The translations under genes and the position numbers were made by a program. Shown in pieces: positions 17,749-26,889 of a stretch of 29,607 nucleotides of DNA. Source of the stretch: Candidatus Margulisiibacteriota bacterium (lineage in GTDB: Bacteria; Margulisbacteria; WOR-1; O2-12-FULL-45-9). The stretch is taken from NCBI GenBank assembly GCA_034723395.1, contig JAYEOW010000042.1, positions 1 through 29,607 of the forward strand, in the 5' to 3' direction. A model generated the notes under the pieces. It was not told the origin of the DNA, searched no databases, and saw only the letters and a list, made by a program, of their open reading frames with translations. How positions within the stretch are numbered: the stretch's first letter is position 1; every line of letters starts with the position of its first letter.

Positions 17749-19147
17749 TCGCTTCCGCGCAGAAATATGTTATTATTACAATATATGCCATGGTCAAACG
17801 ATCGAAAATTGTGCCGTCCAGAAGCCATCTGAACATTTCAACTGTCCCAAACTGAACAAAAAGGGCAAGAACATCCAGAAAAATAATTGCCAGCAGGAAA
17901 ACAAGCGGCGAGCGCAATGATCTCCTATAGAATAATACCAGCGATACAATAAATAATGCCCATAAAAGGTGCCAATCGGCATAGAGGAATAATTTTTTAG
18001 CCATTATTGAGAAAATTATCCCGGCTTTGTTCGGAGGCAGGATTTTAGCCGGCGCCGCCGCCGAAGCGCCGCCATTTCCTATCCCCAATATTGATCTAAT
18101 AATTACGATAAGGATATTGAACTGACCATATAAAAGCATCGGGATGATCAAAATAAAAAAATTGAAAAGGGGGATAGCTGCATGCAATAGGTCGCTCCCC
18201 GTGATTTTATTTTTGTTAACGGTCAGATAAGTTAGCAGGACAAAGATGTTGGTTCCGGCATAAACAATTCCCGCTCTTTTTGTCCATACAGCAAAAGCCA
18301 ATAAGACGAAAGATATTAGTAAGTTTGAAAAAGCACTTTCTTTGTCAGAAGCATTAAAAGACTTCATGAATAAGAGGAGGTAAATTGTCGCAGCGCCGTA
18401 ATAAAAGCTCATTGTGAAATCGCCATAGGCGGTAGCGACATGGAAAACCAGGAAGGGCAGGGTGCTTAATAGGAAGGTGAAGATCATGCTCATCCGCCTA
18501 GTATAATATTTGCGCAGTGCCGAGTAAAAAATAACCAGCAGGCACAGGAATAGTGTCGGGAATAATATTTTAAATAGCGCGTCATTGATCGTGTGCATGC
18601 CGATGAATGCCCACCCCTGGGATAGATATGGTAAAAGCGGTTTATCGTGAATATGCTTAAGAAGGTATGGGGTGTTAAAGGTTTTTTCAAAAAAAATACC
18701 TTTGGCGACGATCGAATAGTATAAAAAAGCATCAACGTCTATGAGGGGCTTAACGATCGAAGCAAAATAAACGTAAATTACTTTAAAGGCCAATAAAATA
18801 GCCAGGCTGTATTCCCACCAAGCCATGTTTTGATGGTCGAATTTATTTATTTTTTTGATCTCCGCCAAATTGATACAGAAAGCTTTCTTTTTAAGCAAAT
18901 AGAGGCCGATTATTGCCGCTGTGACAAAAAGGGAACCTGTGATGCTGAAAAAAGTCAAAGGGATTTTTACAAGCTTGGTGAGCAGGAACATGACAATAAC
19001 AATGGCCCCGAGCCCAATGGGGAAAGCAAGGGCAAGTTTTTCCCAGAAATAGAACCGATTTGCGCTTTTTTGCATGAACAGAGAGAGCAGAAAGAGCCCA
19101 AAAATCGATGGAATGAGTATTATGATTAAAGTATTTAGTATTTGCAT
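17675..19147 (-). CDS. Polytopic GT-C fold glycosyltransferase, copy 2
   Basis: KPLIDVDA, KPLLP, INDALFKILFP, HVATAYGDF, WTKRAG and W.LLW motifs are collinear with 2057-3436. The 3' end overlaps the convergent GT2 by 74 bp. Confidence 0.78.
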   Translation of the reverse strand: MQILNTLIIILIPSIFGLFLLSLFMQKSANRFYFWEKLALAFPIGLGAIVIVMFLLTKLVKIPLTFFSITGSLFVTAAIIGLYLLKKKAFCINLAEIKKINKFDHQNMAWWEYSLAILLAFKVIYVYFASIVKPLIDVDAFLYYSIVAKGIFFEKTFNTPYLLKHIHDKPLLPYLSQGWAFIGMHTINDALFKILFPTLFLCLLVIFYSALRKYYTRRMSMIFTFLLSTLPFLVFHVATAYGDFTMSFYYGAATIYLLLFMKSFNASDKESAFSNLLISFVLLAFAVWTKRAGIVYAGTNIFVLLTYLTVNKNKITGSDLLHAAIPLFNFFILIIPMLLYGQFNILIVIIRSILGIGNGGASAAAPAKILPPNKAGIIFSIMAKKLFLYADWHLLWALFIVSLVLFYRRSLRSPLVFLLAIIFLDVLALFVQFGTVEMFRWLLDGTIFDRLTMAYIVIITYFCAEAIIPSLKDNSLAGGTRPSPKNKKGS

Positions 19148-19151
19148 ACGG

Positions 19152-20156
19152 CTATTTTTTCCTCAGGATATAGGCGCCATTTCTAAATTTTTTCCATGGC
19201 GTATATGTTTTTAGCAGTTCATTTTCAAATTGCTTATCATAGATCACCAGAAATTCTCCGCCCTTTTCATGTTTTATGGGATACAAGTAATAAGTCGCTT
19301 TTATGTCATTATAGAAGGGAGGGATCCGGGAATCAAAAGTGGAATCTGCGGGGATGTTCTCTTTGCAAAATTGGATAAAGGGATAAAAATCTCCCGTATT
19401 TATGATCGTCCGTTTTTCGTTGATATTCTTCCCAATAAGTATGAAGTCCTGCTTTGTGCTGTTCCAATTGTTAGATAATGTGTTGGCTTCCAGGAGGGCC
19501 CATATGATTATAATGGCGATAACCAGCTTTTTCCCCACTTCCGGAAGCAATTCGAGGAGGTCTAAATTTTTATTATTTTTAATGGTTACAATTATTTTCC
19601 AGGTGATCAATCCGATGAAAATAAAGAATAATGTCCAATATATATAAACGAAAACTGATCTGCCGTAGAGATTCGAGCTTTGCATGGTATTGATCGTGCT
19701 CCCGGTCTCAACTCTCCCTCTCGGCCCCCAAAACTCCTGCCAACCGGAGATGATATTAGTGAACAGATTTCCTTCAATGATCTCCGCCGAGCTTATTTCT
19801 ATCTTGCCGTTTATTTGTGGAAATAATAATAATCCTTTTATCCATCCGATCCAGTTTGGATTCTGCGAGGGGATATTTAAATAATAACTTTTTTCTCCTT
19901 TTTTAATCAAGAACTGGACGTTTTTCCGTTGATCAAAGCCTTTGTCGTATGAGGTTAGCCAGAACAAGTTTGCTTGGCCGGATTTATTTGCCTTAATTTT
20001 CAAAACAACCGTATTATATTCCTCTGAATCAAGCATAAGCTGAGATGATTGGAGGTAGGGTTGGTTGGGGACGGGGTGAAATGTAATGTTTTTTGCTAGA
20101 ACGGTGATTTGGAGTAATGTAAGAACCAGAATGCTGAATAGTATACGTTTTGGCAT
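19152..20156 (-). CDS. Membrane-anchored hypothetical protein; GT-C partner, copy 2
   Basis: Likely start is ATG 20156 (MPKRILFSILVLTLLQITVLA signal peptide). Collinear with 519-2060 (W.G.I..LL..P, GK...EKR.I, F..FC..NIP, K.F...AYIL). Confidence 0.8.
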   Translation of the reverse strand: MPKRILFSILVLTLLQITVLAKNITFHPVPNQPYLQSSQLMLDSEEYNTVVLKIKANKSGQANLFWLTSYDKGFDQRKNVQFLIKKGEKSYYLNIPSQNPNWIGWIKGLLLFPQINGKIEISSAEIIEGNLFTNIISGWQEFWGPRGRVETGSTINTMQSSNLYGRSVFVYIYWTLFFIFIGLITWKIIVTIKNNKNLDLLELLPEVGKKLVIAIIIIWALLEANTLSNNWNSTKQDFILIGKNINEKRTIINTGDFYPFIQFCKENIPADSTFDSRIPPFYNDIKATYYLYPIKHEKGGEFLVIYDKQFENELLKTYTPWKKFRNGAYILRKK

Positions 20157-20163
20157 TTTGGTT

Positions 20164-20192
20164 ATTATACCTGATGAATTAAGAATTACCAA
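20164..20192 (-). promoter_or_regulatory. Sigma70-type promoter TTGGTA-N17-TATAAT, probably leaderless
   Basis: On the minus strand: TTGGTA 20192-20187, TATAAT 20169-20164, then 7 nt before ATG 20156. Confidence 0.65.
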
Positions 20193-20311
20193 ATTTATCC
20201 CGAGAGAAATCGAGGGGTCAGAATTAAGAAGAAATAAATAATATCAAATGACTAATTTGGTAATTATTATTTGAGATTTTATTCATAATTCTGGCTTCTT
20301 AATTCATAATT
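20174..20311. repeat. AT-rich heptamer array with inverted symmetry and an embedded REP-like unit
   Basis: GAATTAA GAATTAC CAAATTT ... GAATTAA ... TGACTAA ... CATAATT ... CTTAATT CATAATT; perfect 12-bp IR ATGAATTAAGAA (20174-20185) / TTCTTAATTCAT (20296-20307). Confidence 0.75.
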
Positions 20312-20320
20312 TGCTTGATG

Positions 20321-20372
20321 CAACCTGACACATCCTGACACCTCTTGACAAATATCTATACAATGTTATACT
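20321..20372 (+). promoter_or_regulatory. Promoter TTGACA-N16-TATACT (extended -10) with three 10-bp-phased TGACA direct repeats
   Basis: CAACCTGACA CATCCTGACA CCTCTTGACA (20321-20350), where the third repeat contains the -35; TGtTATACT at 20364-20372. Confidence 0.8.
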
Positions 20373-20383
20373 TTTTATCTACT

Positions 20384-20629
20384 ATGGAAGTCAATGAAAA
20401 AGAGATCTATACCTCCGAGGAAACAAAGTCCCTGCTCAAGATTTCCCAGTCTACTTTTTTGCGTTTGGTCAAGAAAGGCGTGCTGAACGCCTACAAGGTT
20501 GGAGGCCAATACCGTATTTTAGGCAAGGAGATCCTTCATCTGGTGAGCCCGTCACTCGAAGAAAGAGCTGCCAAAGCTTACCGAAAAGTCAGGAACGGCG
20601 TCAAACGACGCCTGGACAAGATCAATTAA
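20384..20629 (+). CDS. Small excisionase/MerR-like helix-turn-helix DNA-binding protein (HTH_17; Xis/BldC-like)
   Basis: IYTSEETKSLLKISQSTFLRLVKKGVLNAYKVGGQYRI plus a basic C-terminal helix. ATG 20384 is preferred because the TTG at 20345 is the -35 box. Confidence 0.88.
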   Translation: MEVNEKEIYTSEETKSLLKISQSTFLRLVKKGVLNAYKVGGQYRILGKEILHLVSPSLEERAAKAYRKVRNGVKRRLDKIN

Positions 20630-20644
20630 ACAAAGGGGGAATTT

Positions 20645-21931
20645 ATGAGGTTATTAGCGGGTTTCCTGATCCTTTCGTTATTGTTACCTTTAGCGCCGAC
20701 CGGAGCGCTGGCCCAAATTTCGATCAATACGGGGAGTTTTTCTTTGGCAGGCAACCGGACACCTGTTTCCGGGGAGGCATTGGGAATATCTTCCAAGGCG
20801 GGCGCGGCAAAGACCGCCTATGTTCCGCAGGGGAATATATCCGAAGACTATTTGTTGGGACCAGGTGATGATTTGGATGTCCACCTTATGGTTGGGAACA
20901 ACGCCCTCGACCTCGATTATGATTTTGTTATTAATCCCGAAGGGAAGATATTCTTCCCTAAGATCGGCGAGGTCCATTTGTCGGGGTTAACGCTTAAGCA
21001 GGCTAAGGTGAAATTGATCAAAAAGATAAAAACAAAATTCTACCAGAAATTCTCCCTTTCGATCATGGTCTCCGAGCCCAAAAATGTAAAGATCTATGTT
21101 ACCGGGTTAGTGCAGCAGCCGGGGTTACATAAGGTTTATGACGGTTCTCGGATCTCCGAGGTGATCAGGATGGTTGGTGTTATCCCTGGGGGTTCTCACC
21201 GTAAAGTAGTGATCAAACGCAATGATTACGAAAGGACGGTTGATTTGTATGAGGTTTTGTATAGAGGGAACGAAAAGGCCGATATTCCGATCCAGCTGGG
21301 CGATGTGATTGATGTCCCTCCGGCGGGATCTGCGAGAGTAACGATCATGGGTGAAGTCCCGCGGCCCGGGCAGTATGAGCTAAAGGATGGGGAAAAACTG
21401 ACCGACGCGCTGGCGCTGGCCGGTTATGTCGGGGTAAACTCTGCCCTTTCCGAGGTCGCCTATCTGAAAAGGAAGAAGGGGGAAGATAGCTTCGAGAATA
21501 ATAAGCTTAATCTATATAATCTTTTCCTTAACGATGATGATTCACAGGATGTCGTTTTAGAAGATGGAGATATTATTTCCATACCGGCCATTAAACATTA
21601 TGTCTATGTTTATGGAGAGATAAAGGAAGGGGGCCGTATCAGTTATATTCCCGGCCAAAAACTTTCTGACTATATAAACATTTCTGGAGGACCGACGGTT
21701 AAAGCGAATTTGAGCGGGGTAACGGTTACCCGCCAGGATACCAAGAGACCAAAAGTCTTCCATATTAACGCGTCAAATATCCTGCATCGGGGAATTATGG
21801 ATAAGGACATAGAGATCCTGGCTGGAGATGTTATCAATGTCCCGGGTAATTTCTTCTACTTTTCCGACTTTTCATCTTTAGCAAATACTATGCTTTTAGG
21901 GCTGTCGCTATATACCGCTTTTATTAAATAG
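20645..21931 (+). CDS. Polysaccharide export protein (Poly_export + multiple SLBB domains; Wza/KpsD-like)
   Basis: Signal peptide ALA-Q, YLLGPGD.L, EGKIFFPKIG.V..SGLT, repeated V.G.V..PG / GD.I.(V/I)P units and a C-terminal hydrophobic helix. Confidence 0.92.
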   Translation: MRLLAGFLILSLLLPLAPTGALAQISINTGSFSLAGNRTPVSGEALGISSKAGAAKTAYVPQGNISEDYLLGPGDDLDVHLMVGNNALDLDYDFVINPEGKIFFPKIGEVHLSGLTLKQAKVKLIKKIKTKFYQKFSLSIMVSEPKNVKIYVTGLVQQPGLHKVYDGSRISEVIRMVGVIPGGSHRKVVIKRNDYERTVDLYEVLYRGNEKADIPIQLGDVIDVPPAGSARVTIMGEVPRPGQYELKDGEKLTDALALAGYVGVNSALSEVAYLKRKKGEDSFENNKLNLYNLFLNDDDSQDVVLEDGDIISIPAIKHYVYVYGEIKEGGRISYIPGQKLSDYINISGGPTVKANLSGVTVTRQDTKRPKVFHINASNILHRGIMDKDIEILAGDVINVPGNFFYFSDFSSLANTMLLGLSLYTAFIK

Positions 21932-21942
21932 GAGGAAAACCG

Positions 21943-22830
21943 ATGAGTGATGAAATTAATTTAAAAGAATATGTCGATGTGGTCCAGCGGCGCTGGAAGA
22001 TCGTTGCGATTGTCGCTGTCGGGCTCGCGATTGTCTCATTTTTTTACAGTATTCAACAAACTCCGGTCTATGAAGCAAATACCACGATCCTGATCAGGGG
22101 GGGCGGGAACCCGCTTTCAAAATTTTCGGACTTGGCGGCGGCGGTTGGGGCAAGAGTAGGCCCGGAAAATCAAATTATAGGAGACCTGGTTGGAGTACTT
22201 CAAAGCCGGGCGGTTGCTGCCAGGGTAGTTGAAGAGCTGGATTTAAGACAGAAGATAAGAGGGTGGGATGATCCAAGAATGAAGGATACAGCTTTGGCGA
22301 CGTCTGTCCAGGGGATGCTGCAAAAAGCAAAGAGTAACGGCAACCTGCTGGAGATCAAAGTGCAATATTCTGATCCTAAGCTGACAGCGGAGATTGTTGA
22401 TGGTTTTACAAACGCGCTCTCTTTCTACTGGAACAGTTTGAATCAGACCGAGATCCAGAAAAAGAGGGAATATATTGAAGCTCAGATGCCAAGGGTTAAT
22501 AAAGAACTAGCAACTGCAGAACGGAAGATAAAGGCTTTTACCCTTTTAGGTGTTCCCCAGCCGACAGTTGAATATAACCGCTTAAAAAGGGAATACGAAG
22601 TTAAGAATAGCATATATACAATGCTGCACCAGGAGTATGAAACCGTAAAGCTTGAAGAATCCAAAGAGATCCCGCCTTTCTCTGTTGTAGATGTGGCTTT
22701 AGTGCCGAAAAGTCCAGTCAAGCCGTTAGTAAAGATGAACACGATGGTTGGGCTTATCCTTGGAATATGCATGGGGATGTTTGTCGCATTTATGCAGGAG
22801 TATTGGTCCGGCTTAGATGAAGATTCATAA
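21943..22830 (+). CDS. Polysaccharide co-polymerase / chain-length determinant (Wzz/GumC-like, no kinase domain)
   Basis: DEINLKEY..V..RRWK TM1, PVYEA, coiled coil, VVD.A.VP..PVKP and Gly-rich TM2. Confidence 0.9.
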   Translation: MSDEINLKEYVDVVQRRWKIVAIVAVGLAIVSFFYSIQQTPVYEANTTILIRGGGNPLSKFSDLAAAVGARVGPENQIIGDLVGVLQSRAVAARVVEELDLRQKIRGWDDPRMKDTALATSVQGMLQKAKSNGNLLEIKVQYSDPKLTAEIVDGFTNALSFYWNSLNQTEIQKKREYIEAQMPRVNKELATAERKIKAFTLLGVPQPTVEYNRLKREYEVKNSIYTMLHQEYETVKLEESKEIPPFSVVDVALVPKSPVKPLVKMNTMVGLILGICMGMFVAFMQEYWSGLDEDS

Positions 22831-24130
22831 AATGAACTCAGATAATGATATTAGAATTTGTGTGATCGGTACCGGTTATGTTGGATTAACCACCGGTGTC
22901 TGTCTGGCTGATCTGGGATTTAAGGTTACCTGCGTAGATAAGGATCGGGAAAAAATTAGCGAGTTAAAGAAGGGGATATTTCCTATCCATGAGCCGGGAC
23001 TCGATAAGATATTCGAAGAAGTAGTCAAAAGCGGCGGTATAAAATTTACTGATAACGCCGTTGAGGCGATCAAACAGAATAATGTTATCTTTTTGGCAGT
23101 TGGAACTCCTTCCCGCGAAGATGGTTCAGCCGATACTACTGCTGTATTTGACGTAATAAGGCTGATCGCGGAAAATATAAACGAATTTAAGACGGTCGTT
23201 TTAAAAAGCACGGTGCCGATGGGGACCAGCGAAGCAGTCGACAAACTTATTCGATCTAAAACCAGCAATTACGCCCTTTTAAGCAATCCCGAATTCCTTC
23301 GCCAGGGGAAGGCGCTGATGGATTTTAAGCGGCCCCATAGGATTGTGATCGGCGGGACTAATCCAGAAGCGATCGCAATGTTGAAAAAAGTATATGAACC
23401 GGTCGGGGCTCCGATAATGGTAACCACTCCGGAGAACGCGGAAATAATCAAGTATGCGTCAAACTCTTTCCTCGCAATGAAGATCTCGTATATTAACGAA
23501 ATTGCTAACCTATGTGAAAAATACAATGCTGATGTCAAAGAGGTTGCCAAGGGAATGGGGATGGACCCCAGGATTGGCAGCAAGTTTCTGGATGCGGGGG
23601 TCGGATTTGGCGGTTCCTGTTTTCCCAAAGACGCGAAGGCATTGCTGCACAGCGCAAAAATCGCCGATTATGATTTTAAACTTTTAAGTGCCGCATTAGA
23701 GGTGAATGAACGTCAGAAGCTTATCGCGATCTATAAATTAAAAAAATATTTAGGTGATCTAAGAGGGAAGACGATTGGTCTTTTAGGGCTCGCCTTTAAA
23801 GCGGGGACTGATGATATCCGGGAAGCTTCTTCGATCGTTTTGATCGAGGGATTGCTGGAAGAGGGGGCCAAGATCAAAGCGCATGACCCCAAAGCGGAAA
23901 AGAAGATGCGTACCTTGTTCTCTCAAATCCAGTATTGCGATGTTCCTTACGACGCTGCTGAAAATAGCGACGCCTTAATAGTTGTTACCGAATGGGATGA
24001 ATTTAAAAAATTGGATCTTGCAAAGGTCAAAGGGCTATTGCGTAATCCGCTGATTATTGATGGCAGAAATATTTATGATCCGGAGCATGTAAAGTCGGCT
24101 GGATTTACATACGAAGGGATTGGAAGATAA
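22817..24130 (+). CDS. ugd: UDP-glucose 6-dehydrogenase family protein
   Basis: IGTGYVGL, AVGTP, KSTVP.GT, SNPEFLR, KYASNSFLAMKISYINE, GFGGSCFPKD, DGRNIY. Alternative start at 22832. Confidence 0.93.
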   Translation: MKIHKMNSDNDIRICVIGTGYVGLTTGVCLADLGFKVTCVDKDREKISELKKGIFPIHEPGLDKIFEEVVKSGGIKFTDNAVEAIKQNNVIFLAVGTPSREDGSADTTAVFDVIRLIAENINEFKTVVLKSTVPMGTSEAVDKLIRSKTSNYALLSNPEFLRQGKALMDFKRPHRIVIGGTNPEAIAMLKKVYEPVGAPIMVTTPENAEIIKYASNSFLAMKISYINEIANLCEKYNADVKEVAKGMGMDPRIGSKFLDAGVGFGGSCFPKDAKALLHSAKIADYDFKLLSAALEVNERQKLIAIYKLKKYLGDLRGKTIGLLGLAFKAGTDDIREASSIVLIEGLLEEGAKIKAHDPKAEKKMRTLFSQIQYCDVPYDAAENSDALIVVTEWDEFKKLDLAKVKGLLRNPLIIDGRNIYDPEHVKSAGFTYEGIGR

Positions 24131-25197
24131 TGGAGAAGCTTAGGTTTGCTTTGCTCGGCTGCGGTCGGATATCAAAAAAACATGCTGAAGCGCTAACCGC
24201 GTTGGATGAGGCGCAGATCGTAGCGGTTTGTGATGTCGATCAGGCGCGGGCAGAAAAACTAGGAAATAAATTAAAGGTCCCTTTCTATGTTGATTATGAC
24301 GATATGCTAGCGAAAGAAGCGATCGACGTTGTTAATATTTTAACTCCCAGTGGGCTTCACGCAAAGCATACCACTGATGTTGCTGTTAAATATAAAAAAC
24401 ATATTGTTTGTGAAAAGCCGATGGCTTTGACTTTAAGCGATGCCGACCGGATGATCGAAGCGTGTAAGAAAAACGGCGCGCATCTTTTTGTGGTTAAACA
24501 AAATAGATATAACCTTCCGGTTATGAAATTAAAAGAGGCGGTTATTGCAAAACGCTTCGGTAAAATGGTTTTAGGTACAGTACGCGTTCGCTGGATGAGA
24601 GATCAAAATTATTATGATCAGGATGCTTGGCGGGGCACCTGGGCGCTGGACGGCGGAGTTTTTGCTAATCAGGCAGCGCACCATATCGATCTTTTGCAAT
24701 GGGTGATGGGAGAACCGGAAGAGGTTTCCGCGCATATAACCAGCAGGCTGGTTAATATTGAAGCTGAAGATACGGGAGTGGCGGCGATAAAGTTCAAAAA
24801 CGGAGCGTTAGGAGTGATCGAAGCGACCACCGCAACCCGGCCGAAGAATCTGGAGGGCTCGATCTCTGTCCTTGGCGAAAAAGGGACGGTTGAGATCGGC
24901 GGTTTTGCGGTAAATGAGATGAAGCTTTGGGAGTTTTCTGATGATGAGAAGGATAAAGAGAACTTAAGTGAATTTAAGGAGAATCCTCCAAATGTTTATG
25001 GCTTCGGGCATATTCGCTATTTAAAAGATGTAATCGATTGTATAAAAAACGGCAAAGGGAATCCGGTTGATGGGAAGGAAGGGAGAAAATCCCTTAAATT
25101 TATTATTTCGCTGTATGAATCTGCAGAGAAAGGGAATCCTGTAAGGCTTTCCAAAGCGTTGGGTCATAGTAAGCTGGGAAAATTGAGTGGAAAATAG
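24130..25197 (+). CDS. Gfo/Idh/MocA oxidoreductase; WlbA/WbpB-like NDP-sugar 3-dehydrogenase
   Basis: [61 protein letters not shown]. Confidence 0.88.
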   Translation: MEKLRFALLGCGRISKKHAEALTALDEAQIVAVCDVDQARAEKLGNKLKVPFYVDYDDMLAKEAIDVVNILTPSGLHAKHTTDVAVKYKKHIVCEKPMALTLSDADRMIEACKKNGAHLFVVKQNRYNLPVMKLKEAVIAKRFGKMVLGTVRVRWMRDQNYYDQDAWRGTWALDGGVFANQAAHHIDLLQWVMGEPEEVSAHITSRLVNIEAEDTGVAAIKFKNGALGVIEATTATRPKNLEGSISVLGEKGTVEIGGFAVNEMKLWEFSDDEKDKENLSEFKENPPNVYGFGHIRYLKDVIDCIKNGKGNPVDGKEGRKSLKFIISLYESAEKGNPVRLSKALGHSKLGKLSGK

Positions 25198-25789
25198 AAA
25201 ATTATATAAAAATGTAAAGATGGGGGCGAATTCTTTAATAGGGGATTTTGTGATTATTGGAGTGCCGCCGAAGGGGAAGAAAGACGGGGAGCTCGAAACC
25301 GTCATTGGAGATAATGCGGTCATTCGCTCGCATACCGTTATCTATGCAGGAAATCAGATCGGGGATAATTTTCAGACCGGCCATGGGGTAATGGTCCGTG
25401 AATTAAATACAATTGGGGATGATGTTAGTGTCGGAACAGGGTCGGTACTTGAACATCACTTAAATATTGGTAATGAGGTAAGGATCCATTCACAAGTATT
25501 TATTCCTGAATATTCAAATTTAGAGGATAAGTGTTGGCTTGGACCCAAGGTTGCTTTTACCAACGCGATGTACCCACGATCGAAAGATGTAAAAGAGAAT
25601 TTAAAAGGGCCGACGATCATGAGGGAGGCAAAGATCGGCGCAAATTCCACATTGCTGCCTGGCATTACAATCGGAGAGAGGGCGTTGGTTGGAGCTGGAA
25701 GTGTGGTGACAAAAGATGTTCCGCGAGAGAAGGTTGTCGCTGGCAATCCGGCGAAAGTAATTAAAGATATAAAGGAACTGCCGTATTAA
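25187..25789 (+). CDS. Hexapeptide-repeat N-acyltransferase (WlbB/WbpD-like)
   Basis: Left-handed beta-helix repeats; GP...[17 protein letters not shown]...[10 protein letters not shown]...GNPA. GTG start. Confidence 0.88.
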   Translation: MENRKLYKNVKMGANSLIGDFVIIGVPPKGKKDGELETVIGDNAVIRSHTVIYAGNQIGDNFQTGHGVMVRELNTIGDDVSVGTGSVLEHHLNIGNEVRIHSQVFIPEYSNLEDKCWLGPKVAFTNAMYPRSKDVKENLKGPTIMREAKIGANSTLLPGITIGERALVGAGSVVTKDVPREKVVAGNPAKVIKDIKELPY

Positions 25790-26889
25790 TGAAAATACCA
25801 TTCGTAGATCTAAGGGCTCAGTATCGGCTGATCAAAGAAGAGCTCGACTCAGCGATAAAGCGGGTCATTGATAATACCAGTTTTATCATGGGTGAAGAAG
25901 TAAGAAGCTTTGAAAATGAATTCGCAAAATATTGTGAAGCCAAGTATGCGATCGGGGTAAGTTCGGGAACAGATGCTTTGCACTTAGCATTACTGGCCTG
26001 CGGTGTTGGGGCGGGAGATGAGGTTATAACGGTGCCGAATACCTTTATCGCTACTACCGAAGCGATCTCTCATTGCGGAGCCAAACCTGTTTTTGTAGAT
26101 ATTGATCCAAAGACTTTTAATATAGATGTCTCTAACATCGAAGAAAAGATAACCGATAAAACAAAGGCAATTCTTCCGGTCCATCTTTACGGTCAGCCGG
26201 CGGATATGGATCCTATCATGGAGATCGCCCGTAAACATGGCCTTAAAGTAATCGAAGATGCCGCGCAGGCGCATGGAGCGGGATATAAGGGGAAGAGAGT
26301 TGGTAATCTTGGCGATGCCTGTTGTTTTAGCTTTTTCCCGGGAAAGAACCTAGGCGCTTTTGGAGATGGAGGAGCGGTCGTTACAAATAACGGAGAGATC
26401 GCTAAAAAAGTACGGTTGCTTAGGAATCACGGGCGGGAAGCAAAATACGAGCACTTGGTCGAAGGTTTTTGCAAACGGCTCGACGCGCTTCAGGCCGCGA
26501 TATTAAGAGTGAAACTGAAAAGTATTGAAGAATGGACCAATAAGCGGCGGCAAGCTGCCAAACTTTATAACGAATTGCTTAAAAATGATAAGATTGCTAC
26601 CCCTTTAAAGCTGGATGCAGCTGACCCGGTTTATCATTTATATGTCATCAGAATCCATAATAGGGATGGAGTTAAGAACAAATTAGAAGAGAAGGGGATA
26701 GCATCTGGAGTACATTATCCTGTTCCTCTTCATTTACAGCCCGCTTATAGGCATTTGGGGCATAAAGAGGGAGATTTTCCTCACACCGAAAAAGCGGCAC
26801 AGGAAATATTGTCCCTTCCGATCTATCCGGAAATCAGCCGAGAACAGATCGAATACATAACAACGGAGGTAAAAGCGAATGTCCTTTAA
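25789..26889 (+). CDS. DegT/DnrJ/EryC1/StrS aminotransferase (WlbC/WbpE-like)
   Basis: [68 protein letters not shown]. Confidence 0.93.
   Translation: MKIPFVDLRAQYRLIKEELDSAIKRVIDNTSFIMGEEVRSFENEFAKYCEAKYAIGVSSGTDALHLALLACGVGAGDEVITVPNTFIATTEAISHCGAKPVFVDIDPKTFNIDVSNIEEKITDKTKAILPVHLYGQPADMDPIMEIARKHGLKVIEDAAQAHGAGYKGKRVGNLGDACCFSFFPGKNLGAFGDGGAVVTNNGEIAKKVRLLRNHGREAKYEHLVEGFCKRLDALQAAILRVKLKSIEEWTNKRRQAAKLYNELLKNDKIATPLKLDAADPVYHLYVIRIHNRDGVKNKLEEKGIASGVHYPVPLHLQPAYRHLGHKEGDFPHTEKAAQEILSLPIYPEISREQIEYITTEVKANVL

Noticed and set aside
17519..17982. Alternative ORFs 17519-17920(+) and 17794-17982(-)
   Set aside because: They are shadow frames overlapping well-supported genes and have no recognisable motifs.
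20174..20350. Repeats as a CRISPR array or replication-origin iterons
   Set aside because: Units are only 7-10 bp with no unique spacers, and there is no cas, rep or dnaA gene.
20384..20629. HTH_17 gene as a prophage or ICE excisionase
   Set aside because: There is no integrase, att-like tRNA end or phage gene in the window, and it sits as the first gene of the export operon.
23284..23310. Ugd motif NPEFLRQG instead of NPEFLREG, suggesting inactivation
   Set aside because: The first Glu, the catalytic Cys (GGSCFPKD) and the Lys/Asn motif are intact; not enough to call loss of function.
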